DNA of 26,465 nt from a virus. Its lineage: Duplodnaviria > Caudoviricetes. The DNA is taken from positions 1 through 26,465 of the IMG/VR virus record IMGVR_UViG_3300031963_000812; one strand, 5' to 3'. Positions 24,948 to 26,465 of the stretch are shown here, one piece after another. A model generated the notes under the pieces. The model was not told the DNA's origin, did not search any database, and saw nothing but the letters and a program-made list of their open reading frames with translations. A program made the position numbers and the translations under genes. The stretch's first letter is position 1; the number at the start of each line of letters is the position of its first letter.

Positions 24948-25445
24948 ATGGCAGGGGTAAAAGTAACCGACTTAACCACATTAGGGGTGGCAGATCCCAC
25001 CGATGTAATGTACATTGTGGACACATCAGCCAATCAATCCAAGCAGATTGAGGTTCAAAACATATTTAATGGCATGCCTCAGTTTGATAGCGGCAGCTTT
25101 ACTCCAACCGTATCTAATGAAACTTACAATGAGATTGTGGCACCATTGGCTGGCTATTATAGCAGGGTTAATGATGTGGTCAGTTGCACATATTATTTAG
25201 ATGTTGCATTAGATGTGGCCGAAACACAAGCAGAGTTTGAATTGAGCCTACCTGTGGCATCAAACTTTACCAATGTTAAAGACTTGGTGGGCATAGTAGC
25301 TTATAACAATGTGCCTGCTGACTTGACATCTTGGGGATTGCAGGCAGATACTGTAAATAATACAGCTAAGATAAATCTAACTCATGCCACAACTGGAGGA
25401 TCATTCTCTTACATCTACATCACCGTTCAATATTTAGTATTGTAA
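24948..25445 (+). CDS. Short tail fibre/receptor-binding-like protein
   Basis: N-terminal VKVTDLTTL...DVMYIVD...SKQI anchor motif, then SGSFTPT...GYYSRVNDVV...LSLPVAS, a C-terminal fibre-domain pattern. Confidence 0.65.
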   Translation: MAGVKVTDLTTLGVADPTDVMYIVDTSANQSKQIEVQNIFNGMPQFDSGSFTPTVSNETYNEIVAPLAGYYSRVNDVVSCTYYLDVALDVAETQAEFELSLPVASNFTNVKDLVGIVAYNNVPADLTSWGLQADTVNNTAKINLTHATTGGSFSYIYITVQYLVL

Positions 25446-25447
25446 CC

Positions 25448-25903
25448 ATGCGCTCAACATCGGCACAAGGATTGGCAATAATTAAAAAGCATGAGGGCTT
25501 GAGATTGAGCAGCTATCTGTGCCCGGCAGGGGTGCCCACAATTGGCTACGGCAACACCAGATATCCTGATGGGCGCAAGGTGATCCTTGGCGAAAAATTA
25601 AGCAGCGAAAAAGAGGCCACTCAATTATTGCTTGCCTCTTTAGAATCTTTTGAGGCTGCTGTGAATAGACATTTACCAAACCTTAATCAATGTCAATTTG
25701 ATGCACTTGTGTCATTCACATACAATGTGGGCACAGGTGCATTCATTAAGTCCACACTTTTAAAAAAGGCAAAAGTCAATCCTGCTGATCCATCAATATT
25801 GGATGAGTTCCAAAAGTGGGTGAGAGGTGGTGGCAAGGTACTGCCTGGATTGGTGACTCGTAGGCGAGAAGAGGCTAATCTGTATTTCTCACTCTGTAAA
25901 TAA
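25448..25903 (+). CDS. Endolysin, GH24 lysozyme
   Basis: IKKHEGLRLSSYLCPAGVPTIGYG (E-x8-C-x5-T), QFDALVSFTYNVG and GLVTRRREEA motifs. Confidence 0.95.
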   Translation: MRSTSAQGLAIIKKHEGLRLSSYLCPAGVPTIGYGNTRYPDGRKVILGEKLSSEKEATQLLLASLESFEAAVNRHLPNLNQCQFDALVSFTYNVGTGAFIKSTLLKKAKVNPADPSILDEFQKWVRGGGKVLPGLVTRRREEANLYFSLCK

Positions 25904-25953
25904 AGGGGCAGAATTGAATTAACACATTGGCCCAATCATTCGTAAATTGAGCC

Positions 25954-26157
25954 ATGAGTCGAAAGCCTACCAAAGCACGTAAGATCTGCAACATCATTCT
26001 GAAACATTGGAAGCCTACCATTGGCTCCCTTGTGATCCTGGTGTCTGTCTTTATGCTAATCTTAAAAAAGATTGAGGTGGAAACTTTGGCCGCTATTGTA
26101 GCAGCAATGGTGGCAGCAGGCTACATCCCTAAAACCAACAGCAATGATACCAACTGA
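25954..26157 (+). CDS. Holin (putative)
   Basis: 67 aa, basic N-terminus and two hydrophobic segments; directly after the endolysin. Confidence 0.65.
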   Translation: MSRKPTKARKICNIILKHWKPTIGSLVILVSVFMLILKKIEVETLAAIVAAMVAAGYIPKTNSNDTN

Positions 26158-26465
26158 CACGATACAATGCAACAATCCAGGCCACTGCCCTAATCATCCA
26201 GTGAGGCTGATTGTTGAGGTAGTGCCAACAGTGATCCATCAGGACACCATTGCAGCCGATACCTTGCCCATTGAGATGGCTGAGGTGATGCCGGTTAAAA
26301 AAATATTTCACATGCCTGCTGATTCAATTCAACCTGTTGATGTATCTTTATTAAGTGAATCAACGTACCATACATTCGAGATTCACGAAGTAAGAAATCA
26401 GCCAGATATTGAACAGCCTATGAATATTGATCTACTCTGCAATTCACTCACCTTCACATTTATGT
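26144..26465 (+). CDS. Hypothetical protein, 3'-truncated
   Basis: ATG overlaps the holin end; frame stays open to the window end (MIPTDTIQCNNPGHCPNHP...SLTFTFM). Confidence 0.65.
   Translation, partial: MIPTDTIQCNNPGHCPNHPVRLIVEVVPTVIHQDTIAADTLPIEMAEVMPVKKIFHMPADSIQPVDVSLLSESTYHTFEIHEVRNQPDIEQPMNIDLLCNSLTFTFM

Noticed and set aside
25448-25903. SAR endolysin, suggested by Cys at the catalytic Asp position
   Set aside because: No N-terminal hydrophobic SAR segment; E-x8-C-x5-T is a common GH24 variant.
314-26311. Numerous minus-strand and alternate-frame ORFs in the track (e.g. 3643..4101, 8376..8930, 22567..22926)
   Set aside because: They lie within well-supported + strand genes and show no recognisable motifs; treated as shadow ORFs.
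1-26465. Stop-codon reassignment, introns/inteins, tRNAs, integrase or transposase
   Set aside because: Genes tile densely under the standard bacterial code, TAA, TAG and TGA all act as stops, terL and portal are uninterrupted, and I saw no cloverleaf or recombinase motifs.

Overview
A 26.5-kb segment of a tailed dsDNA bacteriophage, probably a siphovirus (long tape measure, no sheath gene). Recurrent TAnnTTTG promoter boxes and A-rich, Shine-Dalgarno-less start regions point to a Bacteroidota host. All credible genes are on the + strand. The order is: end of a VapE/VirE-type primase-helicase; a palindrome-rich putative origin; small genes; terminase small and large subunits; tail module (chaperone with a G/GT-type -1 frameshift site, tape measure, two tail-tip proteins, tail tube); a glycosyltransferase + SAM methyltransferase pair; portal, minor head, scaffold and major capsid; connector proteins; a fibre-like protein; GH24 endolysin and holin. 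The most notable unexplained structure is non-coding. (i) The leaders of the putative tail tube and major capsid genes can each fold into an H-type pseudoknot of the same topology but different paired sequence. (ii) Two tandem promoter + U-rich + GNRA-hairpin units upstream of the capsid gene look like antisense sRNAs, and one has 12-nt complementarity to the start region of an early gene. Also notable are a possible virion glycosylation module, cysteine-rich outer virion proteins, probable leaderless mRNAs, and a tail module placed between terminase and portal. Product calls come from motifs and synteny read by eye; no database search was run.
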